Positions 9,341 to 16,374 are shown, counted from the first letter of the stretch. The stretch: 21,466 nt of DNA from Nitrospirota bacterium (GCA_040754455.1 JBFMCP010000047.1:1-21466); one strand, 5' to 3'. The notes: a model not told the origin generated them from the sequence alone. A program made the numbers and translations.

Positions 9341-9396
9341 CAGAATGAGGTGGAGCACCCCTTTTTACGGGGGAATGACAACGGGAGGTCTATACG

Positions 9397-10782
9397 ATGG
9401 TCGATGCGGAGCTTCTGCAGCGGATCTTGAAAAAAACCCTCGCACGGGGCGGAGAGTACGCCGATATTTATGTCGAGCACCGGCGCACCTCGACGGTACA
9501 GCTCGACGACAACAGGATAGAAAAGATCATCTCAGGATCCCACTCCGGGATCGGCATACGCCTTATTTATGATAAAAAGACAGCCTACGCGTACAGCAAT
9601 GATTTTTCCGAAGGCACTCTCATGGATCTTGCCGCAGCGGTCAGCAAAGCAGCGGCAGGCGGCGAAACGGATCGCACCATCAGCATGAAGAAACGTGCGC
9701 CCGAAACGACCTTCACGATACGAACGCCTCCCGACACGGTCCCCCTCTCCGCTAAGATCGCCCTTGTGCAGAAAGGGAATGAAGCGGCGCGCGCGTTCGA
9801 TCCGAAGATCAAACAGGCGACCGTTACCTACAGGGACTCCCGACAGAACGTCATCATCGTCACTTCGGAAGGGAACCTTGTCGAGGACGAGCGGACGCAT
9901 ACCCTCGGGCTCGTACAGGTCATCGCCGTTGACGGCACTGCAATTCAGACCGGATATGAGCCGGTCGGAGGACTCATCGGCTTCGAATTGTTCGAAGAGA
10001 ATCCGCTCGATGCCATTGCGCTCAAGGCCGCCCGCAGAGCGGTTATGATGCTGAGCGCACGACGCGCACCGGGAGGAAGAATGCCTGTTGTTATCTCCTC
10101 GGAAGCCGGCGGCACGATGATCCACGAGGCGATCGGTCACGGACTTGAGGCGGATCTCGCCCAGCAGGGTCTCTCCGTGTATTCCCGGAAGGTGGGCCAA
10201 CAGGTCGCTTCTCCGGCAATCACCGTTATTGATGATGCAACGCTCCCCAACAAGAGGGGCTCGTTCAGCTTTGACGATGAGGGGACGCCATCGAGGAGAA
10301 ACGTGCTCGTAAAGGACGGCATTCTCCTCGGGTATATGTATGATACGTACACTGCGCTCGTTGACCGTACTCTCTCGACTGGCAACGGCAGGAGGGAGTC
10401 CTACGAGCACAAGCCCATTCCCCGCATGACCAATACCTTTATCGCCCCCGGCTTCCATTCCCCCGACGAGGTCATTCGGTCGGTCCCCCGGGGGCTTCTG
10501 GTGAAGAAGATGGGCGGAGGGCAGGTCAATACGGTGACCGGAGATTTCGTCTTTGATGTGCAGGAAGGATACCTCATCGAAAACGGCAGCATCCTCGAAC
10601 CGGTGCGAGAAGCGACGCTGGTAGGGAACGGCCCGACGGTACTGCAGTCGATCGATATGGTCGCCTCTGACCTGGGCTTTTCCATAGGGACCTGCGGCAA
10701 GGACGCACAGGGGGCCCCCGTGTCTGATGCCATGCCGACCCTCAGAATCCCCGAGATGGTGGTGGGGGGAGAAGTGAAATAA
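9397..10782 (+). CDS. tldD: TldD metalloprotease (TldD/PmbA family, catalytic type)
   Basis: YADIYVE, HEAIGHGLEAD (HExxxH), FDDEGTP, TGNGRRESY, PRMTNT, GTCGK. Confidence 0.93.
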   Translation: MVDAELLQRILKKTLARGGEYADIYVEHRRTSTVQLDDNRIEKIISGSHSGIGIRLIYDKKTAYAYSNDFSEGTLMDLAAAVSKAAAGGETDRTISMKKRAPETTFTIRTPPDTVPLSAKIALVQKGNEAARAFDPKIKQATVTYRDSRQNVIIVTSEGNLVEDERTHTLGLVQVIAVDGTAIQTGYEPVGGLIGFELFEENPLDAIALKAARRAVMMLSARRAPGGRMPVVISSEAGGTMIHEAIGHGLEADLAQQGLSVYSRKVGQQVASPAITVIDDATLPNKRGSFSFDDEGTPSRRNVLVKDGILLGYMYDTYTALVDRTLSTGNGRRESYEHKPIPRMTNTFIAPGFHSPDEVIRSVPRGLLVKKMGGGQVNTVTGDFVFDVQEGYLIENGSILEPVREATLVGNGPTVLQSIDMVASDLGFSIGTCGKDAQGAPVSDAMPTLRIPEMVVGGEVK

Positions 10783-10862
10783 AAGCAAAGATCAAAAATA
10801 AAAAATCAAAATAAAGGAACTCCTTATTTTTAAATTTTTCTCTTTGTATTTTTATCTCTTAA
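10783..10862. repeat. AT-rich mirrored heptamer array, probable terminator of tldD
   Basis: AAGCAAA GATCAAA AATAAAA AATCAAA, then a central ATAAAGGAACTCCTTAT hairpin, then T-rich 7-periodic units. Confidence 0.55.
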
Positions 10863-10863
10863 G

Positions 10864-10958
10864 TGTGGTAAAATTCCTACAGCATCGCAATTATCCTACA
10901 CTTCCCGCTACTGAACCTATTGATTCCATTATATTTTATTAATGGCACACTAATTGCA
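10864..10958 (+). promoter_or_regulatory. Sigma54 (-24/-12) promoter of lpxC with candidate enhancer sites
   Basis: TGGCAC-ACTAA-TTGCA at 10943-10958. Upstream are TGTGGTAAAATTCCTACA (10864-10881) and a second site ending TCCTACA (to 10900), with an IHF-like AATCAA-TAGG-TTC on the - strand between them and the promoter. Confidence 0.75.
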
Positions 10959-10974
10959 ATGCCATTATAATCTT

Positions 10975-11859
10975 ATGAGACTTCAACGGACAATAAAAAA
11001 AGAGGTTGAGTTCAGCGGCATCGGTCTGCATACCGGAAGGCCTGCAGCAGCAAAGCTTAAACCCGCTGCCCGCGATACCGGCATTATTTTTTACCGGATC
11101 GATAAAGGCGCCATTATCCGGGTAAACATCGCTTCGGTGATAGACACTGCCTTTGCTACAACCCTTGGGTTTGACGGTGTTAAAGTGAGGACCGTCGAGC
11201 ACCTCCTTGCAGCTGCAGCCGGTCTCGGCATTGATAATCTGCTCATTGAGGTGGATGGACCTGAAATTCCCATTCTCGACGGCAGCTCTATGGATCTCAC
11301 CGGCCTCATTCTCGATGCTGGAATAGCGAAACAGGGAAAGCAGCGTCCGTTCCTCAAAATCACGAAACCCGTGGTGTACGAGGATACCCATTCACGTGTT
11401 GTAGCCCTTCCTTACGACGGCATGCGCATCTCCTATTCCATACATTTCAATCATCCTTTTCTCCGGCATCAGGAATTAACGTTAGATATCAATGAAAAAA
11501 CCTTTGTCGAGGAGATCGCACCGGCACGGACCTTCGGCTTTCTCCGGGATGTGGAGATGCTGAGGGCGAACGGCCTGGCAAAAGGAGGCTCACTCGAAAA
11601 CGCAATTGTTGTCGGAGACAAGGGGATCATGAATGCCGGCGGCCTCAGATTCGAAGATGAATTTGTCAGACATAAAGTCCTTGATACTATTGGGGATATG
11701 TCCATTCTCGGGCTTCCCATTCAAGGCCATCTCCTGCTCGAGAAGTCGGGACATACCGCCAATATACGTTTTTTGAAGAAACTTCTCTCTTCTCCGGATT
11801 GCTACAGCATCGTCTCGGAAGTTGACCTTTTGGACAACCACGTTTTAAACTATAGATAA
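10975..11859 (+). CDS. lpxC: UDP-3-O-acyl-N-acetylglucosamine deacetylase
   Basis: QRTIK, GIGLHTG, TVEHLL, EIPILDGS, ARTFGF, GGSLENAIV, HKVLDTIGD, SGH. Start set at ATG 10975. Confidence 0.97.
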   Translation: MRLQRTIKKEVEFSGIGLHTGRPAAAKLKPAARDTGIIFYRIDKGAIIRVNIASVIDTAFATTLGFDGVKVRTVEHLLAAAAGLGIDNLLIEVDGPEIPILDGSSMDLTGLILDAGIAKQGKQRPFLKITKPVVYEDTHSRVVALPYDGMRISYSIHFNHPFLRHQELTLDINEKTFVEEIAPARTFGFLRDVEMLRANGLAKGGSLENAIVVGDKGIMNAGGLRFEDEFVRHKVLDTIGDMSILGLPIQGHLLLEKSGHTANIRFLKKLLSSPDCYSIVSEVDLLDNHVLNYR

Positions 11860-11860
11860 C

Positions 11861-11930
11861 AAAAAAGAGGGATACCCAAAAACTCAATCCTCGGCTTCAA
11901 TTTGTCTTTTTGGGTATCCCTAAATTTTTT
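11861..11930. terminator. Bidirectional terminator between lpxC and the convergent unit
   Basis: Perfect 15-bp IR AGGGATACCCAAAAA (11868-11882) / TTTTTGGGTATCCCT (11907-11921), 24-nt loop, flanked by A and T runs. Confidence 0.7.
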
Positions 11931-11950
11931 ACGGTCTACAACAGCATCAC

Positions 11951-12019
11951 TTATTTCTTCTTTGCAGTCTTCTTTGCAGCGGTCTTCTTCTTTGCAGCAG
12001 CCTTTTTTGCAGCAGCCAT
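11951..12019 (-). CDS. 22-aa Lys/Ala-rich basic micropeptide MAAAKKAAAKKKTAAKKTAKKK (histone H1 tail-like)
   Basis: ATG 12019 to TAA 11951; strong SD AAAGGGGGTG just upstream; codon-phased GCT/GCA/AAG repeats with synonymous variation; followed by a terminator. Too short for the ORF track. Confidence 0.75.
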   Translation of the reverse strand: MAAAKKAAAKKKTAAKKTAKKK

Positions 12020-12084
12020 TCTTTTCACCCCCTTTCATTCCCGCCCTCTTTATACACAACAACACCGGCGGGTACTGTTCTTCG

Positions 12085-12630
12085 CTACACTCTTCCCAAG
12101 AGAGTAATTCTCTTCTCGGAAAGAATCCTCTTCACATTCGAATCCTTCTTTTTCTTCAGCTTGTACTCGGACTCCTCGATCACCGTGCAATTTATCTTCT
12201 TGCCGAACTTTCTCTCGATAGCCTGCAGGCCCATGAGCAATGCAGGAGTGGATGGTCCAATGACAAACAGATCGACAATCGAAGGATCTTCACCCTCAGC
12301 GTAGGGACCGTAGATAAAAGCGGTCTTGATATCATTCGCCCTCAGGAGACTCTTCAGGGCGCCGGGCAGTCCCAGGGATTTTGCGATCAGATCTTTCAGC
12401 TCAGAGAACAGGGGGGATTCGCTGTTGGCCTGGAAGTATTTCAGGTTGGCGACCTTCTCGCTGACAACGATGCCCATCTCTTCGAGCCGGTCGAGCTCCC
12501 GTTTGACTCCCGACGGGTTTTTCCTCAGCAGCTTTGCTATCTCCCGCACATAAAATTTTTCATCTGGGCTGTTCAGCAGGAGCGACAGCACCTCGGCTCG
12601 TATCGATGATGAAAATAGGTTTCTCAGCAT
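12085..12630 (-). CDS. Winged-helix DNA-binding domain fused to a minimal nucleotidyltransferase-fold domain (degenerate catalytic motif)
   Basis: N-terminal LFSSSIRAEVLSLLL...FYVREIAKLL...VKRELDRLEEMGIV...KYFQAN (wHTH); C-terminal AFIYGPYAEG...SIVDLFVIG. Start moved to ATG 12630 because of AGGA upstream and the promoter position. Confidence 0.8.
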   Translation of the reverse strand: MLRNLFSSSIRAEVLSLLLNSPDEKFYVREIAKLLRKNPSGVKRELDRLEEMGIVVSEKVANLKYFQANSESPLFSELKDLIAKSLGLPGALKSLLRANDIKTAFIYGPYAEGEDPSIVDLFVIGPSTPALLMGLQAIERKFGKKINCTVIEESEYKLKKKKDSNVKRILSEKRITLLGRV

Positions 12631-12649
12631 TCCTTTTCCTGTTATTGAA

Positions 12650-12678
12650 ACTATAAACGATAATATTACATTTGTCAA
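12650..12678 (-). promoter_or_regulatory. Near-consensus sigma70 promoter of the wHTH-NTase gene
   Basis: TTGACA-N17-TATAGT on the - strand, 20 nt before ATG 12630. Confidence 0.8.
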
Positions 12679-12802
12679 CAATAAAATTAAAAAAAAGAAC
12701 AAAAGTTTATTTTTTGTGAACATTCATCTTTTTAGAACATTTGTTCATTAAAAAACACCATTCGTTTCCTCTTCTCAATTCTCGGCTCGGTATGTGGGAT
12801 CT

Positions 12803-13417
12803 TTAATAGCGGAAGATATCGAGAGCGCCCTCTCTGAGGACGACGGGGAAAGTTCCGGTTGCATCAACAATCGTTGATGGTACTTTACTCTCCGTTTCAC
12901 CACCGTCAACGATCAGATCGACGGCGGCGTCAAAGTAGCTGGCCACTGCAGCCGCGGTTGCGGCAGGGGGATGGGATGAGGGGTTGGCGCTCGTCGCGGT
13001 AAAGGGGAAGGGTACGGCCCTCGCAAGCTGCAGGGCGAAGGACTCGCCGGGGATTCTCACTGCAACCTTGCCTCCGGCAACAATGTATTCCGAGAGTCCG
13101 GGACGGGCGGTGAAGAGAATCGTCAGAGGGCCGGGCCAGAATCGTTCCATGAGCTGCCGCGCGGTATCGGTGACCGCTGTGGTGAGCAGAGAAAGCTGCT
13201 CAACGTTCCCGATGATCAGCGGCATCGTCTTTTCCTTCGGCCGCCGCTTGATAGTGAAAATCCGCTCTAAGGCCTGCACATTGTCATAGCGCGCGCCAAG
13301 GCCGTAGAAGGTCTCCGTAGGGTAGGCGATAACCCCCCCCTGCTCGAGTAGTGACACCCCTCTGGCGATCAGTTCTTCGCAATTGTCCTCAGTAAGCCTC
13401 AGAAGCATATATTCCAT
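12803..13417 (-). CDS. tsaC: L-threonylcarbamoyladenylate synthase (YrdC/Sua5 N-domain only)
   Basis: YPTETFYGLG, IKRRP, FWPGPLT, VAVRIP, TATSANPS, PSTIVD. The start may be ATG 13408. Confidence 0.93.
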   Translation of the reverse strand: MEYMLLRLTEDNCEELIARGVSLLEQGGVIAYPTETFYGLGARYDNVQALERIFTIKRRPKEKTMPLIIGNVEQLSLLTTAVTDTARQLMERFWPGPLTILFTARPGLSEYIVAGGKVAVRIPGESFALQLARAVPFPFTATSANPSSHPPAATAAAVASYFDAAVDLIVDGGETESKVPSTIVDATGTFPVVLREGALDIFRY

Positions 13418-13565
13418 TATATGCTAAATTCCCTTCCCGTTTTGTGCATCCCGGAATATATCCACTAAGGGAAGAGAGATGGGCGTCCGGCACGGCGCCT
13501 CCCTCCCTGCCTTCATCGCACTTGTCCCGTTATGATGACTTTGCCCTGGGTTCGCCTGAGGCTCG

Positions 13566-13595
13566 TTGCAAAGGAGGGCGACATCCGTGTATAAT
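13566..13595 (+). promoter_or_regulatory. Candidate sigma70 promoter upstream of the riboswitch
   Basis: TTGCAA-N18-TATAAT. Confidence 0.4.
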
Positions 13596-13768
13596 AGGTC
13601 TGCTGTAGTATGGCAGTAAACGGACGTTGATAGATCATGCAGTCTATTCCTTCTCATCGTTGTAATGATGCACCCCGTTGTTCCTCCGCCTCTGATAGCA
13701 GCGACCATGCCTTTTCAGCTCTCTGCCATACACGCAGAATGAGATCTTTGACAGCATAAAAGCATCTT

Positions 13769-13862
13769 GTTTCCGAAAGGGTAAACTCTGGGCAACCAGA
13801 GGACACAAAGCTACGGGTCCGCCATGTGGGGTAGAGAGGTGGACAGCCGGGCTGCCGAAGAA
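13769..13862 (+). ncRNA. c-di-GMP-I (GEMM) riboswitch aptamer
   Basis: AGGGTAAAC, P2 CTCTGG-GCAA-CCAGAG (GNRA loop), GACACAAAGC, P3 with CGG/CCG and GTCCGCC/GGTGGAC, closing AGCCGGGCTGCCGAA. All hallmark GEMM elements are present in order. Confidence 0.92.
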
Positions 13863-13890
13863 TCAGGCTCATCTGCCGCGTACCTTCCCG

Positions 13891-13922
13891 AAAGCCTGCT
13901 TCCCTCAGGGAACAGGCTTTTT
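13891..13922 (+). terminator. Intrinsic terminator forming the riboswitch expression platform
   Basis: AAAGCCTG(C)TTCCC-TCA-GGGAA-CAGGCTTTTT. An upstream CAGGCT (13864-13869) can pair with the 5' arm as an antiterminator. Confidence 0.8.
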
Positions 13923-13953
13923 GCTGCTAGAAGAAAGGGAGGAATAAACGGCA

Positions 13954-15036
13954 GTGAAGCTTTTCAAAGAAGTAACCAACAGCATCCTTCGTCATGTTTC
14001 GCGCAAAGAGTGCGGTAGACATCGCCACGGGCAGTCGGACCTGTTCGTCCCCGGGAAGAGGCATACCGGTCTCCTCCCAAAGACAATCGCACTTTTCCTT
14101 ACCCTGACGCTGCTAATCATTCAGGCAGGACCGGCAAAGGCCGTTGTTCGGGAACAGGAGCCTACAGCGCTCAGGAGTGCCACCGTGGACGGAGCATCGG
14201 GCAGGGCGGTCGACGCTATCGCCGGTTTCTCTGACGGCAGCGTCCCGTTCGGTGCGCGACTCTATATTCTGGCCGTCGGCATCAACAAGTATGAGAATCC
14301 GAAATATACGCTCAGGTATGGAAGGTCTGATGCGGAGACCTTTGTTCAAGCGGTGGAGCAGCACGGCAAGAACGTCTTCAGCCGCATCATTACGCAGACC
14401 ATCTATGATACACAGGCAAACAGACGCAATATAGAAGCCGCCTTCAACAGGATCATCGCAGAGGCGCAGCCCGAGGACGTGTTCGTGTTCTACTATGCAG
14501 GACACGGTGTCCTGAGCAAGGGAGACACCTCCGACAAGCCCGAATTCTATATGGCATTGACCGATGTGACCAGCCTAACCGGCGAGAATGCAATGTTCGA
14601 GGAGCGGGGGCTTTCGGCGCTGCTCCTCAGGAATTTAAGCTTCAGGATCAAGGCACAGAAACAGCTGCTGGTGCTCGATGCCTGCCATTCAGGAGGAGCG
14701 CTGGAGAGATTTGCTGCTGAAGGCCCCGCTGATGGGTACACTCCTCTGCAACTCGGGAAAAGCGCCGGCATCACCGTATTGGCGGCAGCAGGCACCGACC
14801 AGCCCGCCACCGAGTTCAAGCAGCTTGGCCATGGGGTGTTCACCTATGCCCTTGTCAAAGGGCTCGGAGGAGAGGCGGACAGAGGCGACGCTCCCGACGG
14901 AAGGATTACGGTTCGTGAGCTTGAGGCATATTTGAACGAACAGGTGCCTGCACTCATCAGCCGCTATAAAGGAAAGGCGCAATCGCCGAACAGCTTTGTC
15001 AGAGGAAGCGATTTCACCCTCGGCGCAAAACAGTAA
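13954..15036 (+). CDS. Caspase-like (peptidase C14) protein with predicted signal peptide
   Basis: LYILAVGINKY, YYAGHG (His), LDACHSG (Cys), GHGVFTYAL, DGRITVREL; hydrophobic IALFLTLTLLII followed by AKA; GTG start with GGGAGG upstream. Confidence 0.9.
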   Translation: MKLFKEVTNSILRHVSRKECGRHRHGQSDLFVPGKRHTGLLPKTIALFLTLTLLIIQAGPAKAVVREQEPTALRSATVDGASGRAVDAIAGFSDGSVPFGARLYILAVGINKYENPKYTLRYGRSDAETFVQAVEQHGKNVFSRIITQTIYDTQANRRNIEAAFNRIIAEAQPEDVFVFYYAGHGVLSKGDTSDKPEFYMALTDVTSLTGENAMFEERGLSALLLRNLSFRIKAQKQLLVLDACHSGGALERFAAEGPADGYTPLQLGKSAGITVLAAAGTDQPATEFKQLGHGVFTYALVKGLGGEADRGDAPDGRITVRELEAYLNEQVPALISRYKGKAQSPNSFVRGSDFTLGAKQ

Positions 15037-15047
15037 ACGTATGTTCA

Positions 15048-15081
15048 TCGTTAGTGCTTGGGGACTCTCAAGCACTAACGA
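15048..15081. terminator. Hairpin between convergent genes
   Basis: Perfect 13-bp IR TCGTTAGTGCTTG / CAAGCACTAACGA overlapping the asparaginase stop; no long U tract. Confidence 0.6.
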
Positions 15082-15986
15082 CCTCTTGGTCTTATACCCC
15101 TGCCCGTTGCATTGATCTTCTTGAACGCCTTTTGTACAACGATCTTTCCCTGAGCAGCATACCCTGAGGCCATGTAGTCTGTGGTATGCGCAAGTGTGAA
15201 CTGCCCTTTACGATTAATGACAATAACACCTGCCTCACCCTCAATAGCCAGGAGGTCTCTAAGTGCACGATTGACTGCCCGGTAAAGCGGCATTGTTTTC
15301 AAGTACATACAGATCTCTTTTGCAAGAGCATGCCTGATAATCGACTCCCCGATGCCGGTGCACGAGACTGCGCCGCTTTCATTTTCTGCGTAGACACCTG
15401 CGCCGATGATCGGCGTGTCACCGACCCTCCCCGGAAGCATTCCACTGATGCCGCCTGTTGACGCCCCTGCAGCAAGGGTCCCTGAGCGGTCGAGGCCTAC
15501 GGCGCCTACGGTCGAAAAGTATTTTGTGAAAAGCCGGGCGATGTATTTCTTCTCTTGCTTTATCTGCGCAACTTCGTCCAATGCCCTTCTGCCGGGGCGG
15601 CGCAACGGGGCAAGACCCTCCGCATCGGCAATTCTTTTCGCCCCTCTATGGGTGAACATGATGTTGGGGAGGTCCATAGCCAGCCGCGCTGCCTTGACCG
15701 GATTTCTTATGCCTTCGAGGCCGATCACGGCTCCCGCCTTCAGGAGCTTTCCCTCCATAAGCGAAGCATCCAGCCTCCGTACCCCATCGAGCTGCACTTT
15801 CCCTCCTGCACCGGCATTGAATATGCCCGAATCCTCGAGAACAGCAATTGCCGCAACCACTGCTTCGAGTGACGGCCCTCCTCTTTCCAGAACGCGGTAT
15901 CCGACAGAAAGGGCTTCAGAGATTTTCTGCAAAGCATCATCACCGGGAGCCTTGCCCCCTGCCCCGCCATGGACGAGAAGAATCAT
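15075..15986 (-). CDS. Isoaspartyl peptidase / plant-type L-asparaginase (Ntn hydrolase)
   Basis: VHGGAG, LEDSGIFNAG, DASLMEG, nucleophile TVGAV, STGG, GRVGDTPIIGAG, CTGIGE. Start moved to ATG 15986 (GGGAGG upstream). Confidence 0.92.
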   Translation of the reverse strand: MILLVHGGAGGKAPGDDALQKISEALSVGYRVLERGGPSLEAVVAAIAVLEDSGIFNAGAGGKVQLDGVRRLDASLMEGKLLKAGAVIGLEGIRNPVKAARLAMDLPNIMFTHRGAKRIADAEGLAPLRRPGRRALDEVAQIKQEKKYIARLFTKYFSTVGAVGLDRSGTLAAGASTGGISGMLPGRVGDTPIIGAGVYAENESGAVSCTGIGESIIRHALAKEICMYLKTMPLYRAVNRALRDLLAIEGEAGVIVINRKGQFTLAHTTDYMASGYAAQGKIVVQKAFKKINATGRGIRPRGR

Positions 15987-16132
15987 GCCCCTCCCTTCGA
16001 TCATTTCATAGAGGAATATCGGCTCTCTTAAATGATAGGATCTCACCCCTCAAAAGTAAATGCCCGGTCCGGCAAAATACCTGCTCCGGACAGAATGAAA
16101 GGGGGCATTTTCTATAGATGCCCCTTGTCTGC

Positions 16133-16238
16133 TCTGGAAAATATTCCATAATTGTGGAACCCCTTCCCGTCTTTTACAGGCAGACATAAAATATTTATCT
16201 TACATTTCAATAACTTTTAACCTGGCATTTCCTTTGTA
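16133..16238 (+). promoter_or_regulatory. Candidate sigma54 promoter with tandem enhancer sites for the chemotaxis cluster
   Basis: TGGCAT-TTCCT-TTGTA (16223-16238; GG-N10-GT variant); two TGGAA-N4-TTCC sites at 16135 and 16155; AT-rich IHF-like TTTCAATAACTT in between. Confidence 0.55.
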
Positions 16239-16347
16239 TACCTCATATGGTTGCAGAGGTCTCTCGCTGGTGCCTGTTTCTGCGCTGTTGTGCTCATCAG
16301 TGTTGCCATAGCAGGAAGAACAGAACCACCTCGCTCAAATCGTAACT

Positions 16348-16374
16348 TTAACTTTTCGGAATATGCGCCGATAA
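16348..16374 (+). promoter_or_regulatory. Sigma28 (FliA) promoter
   Basis: TTAACTTT-N11-GCCGATAA versus consensus TAAAGTTT-N11-GCCGATAA, upstream of chemotaxis genes. Confidence 0.8.

Noticed and set aside
9532..10788. 418-aa antisense ORF over tldD
   Set aside because: Shadow frame of a well-supported gene with no motifs. The same applies to the long antisense ORFs over lon, the MCP-like gene and cheA.
10966..10971. TATAAT as a sigma70 -10 for lpxC
   Set aside because: Only 3 nt before the ATG, so transcription would start inside the gene; the sigma54 box fits better.
11850..12065. 71-aa Cys-rich ORF (CCKKGCCKEEDRCKEDCK) as a metallothionein or RiPP precursor
   Set aside because: It is an alternative frame of the GCT/GCA/AAG repeats. 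The SD is positioned for ATG 12019 of the Lys/Ala peptide, and this ORF would run through the terminator.
11902..12609. Plus-strand ORFs of 235 and 65 aa
   Set aside because: They are antisense to the wHTH-NTase gene and micropeptide, and start inside the terminator.
12631..12723. Hydrophobic signal-like N-terminus on the wHTH-NTase protein
   Set aside because: It is the AT-rich promoter/operator region read in frame; the promoter lies inside it.
13424..14018. Short ORFs in the tsaC-caspase interval
   Set aside because: They overlap the promoter, riboswitch and terminator and show no motifs.
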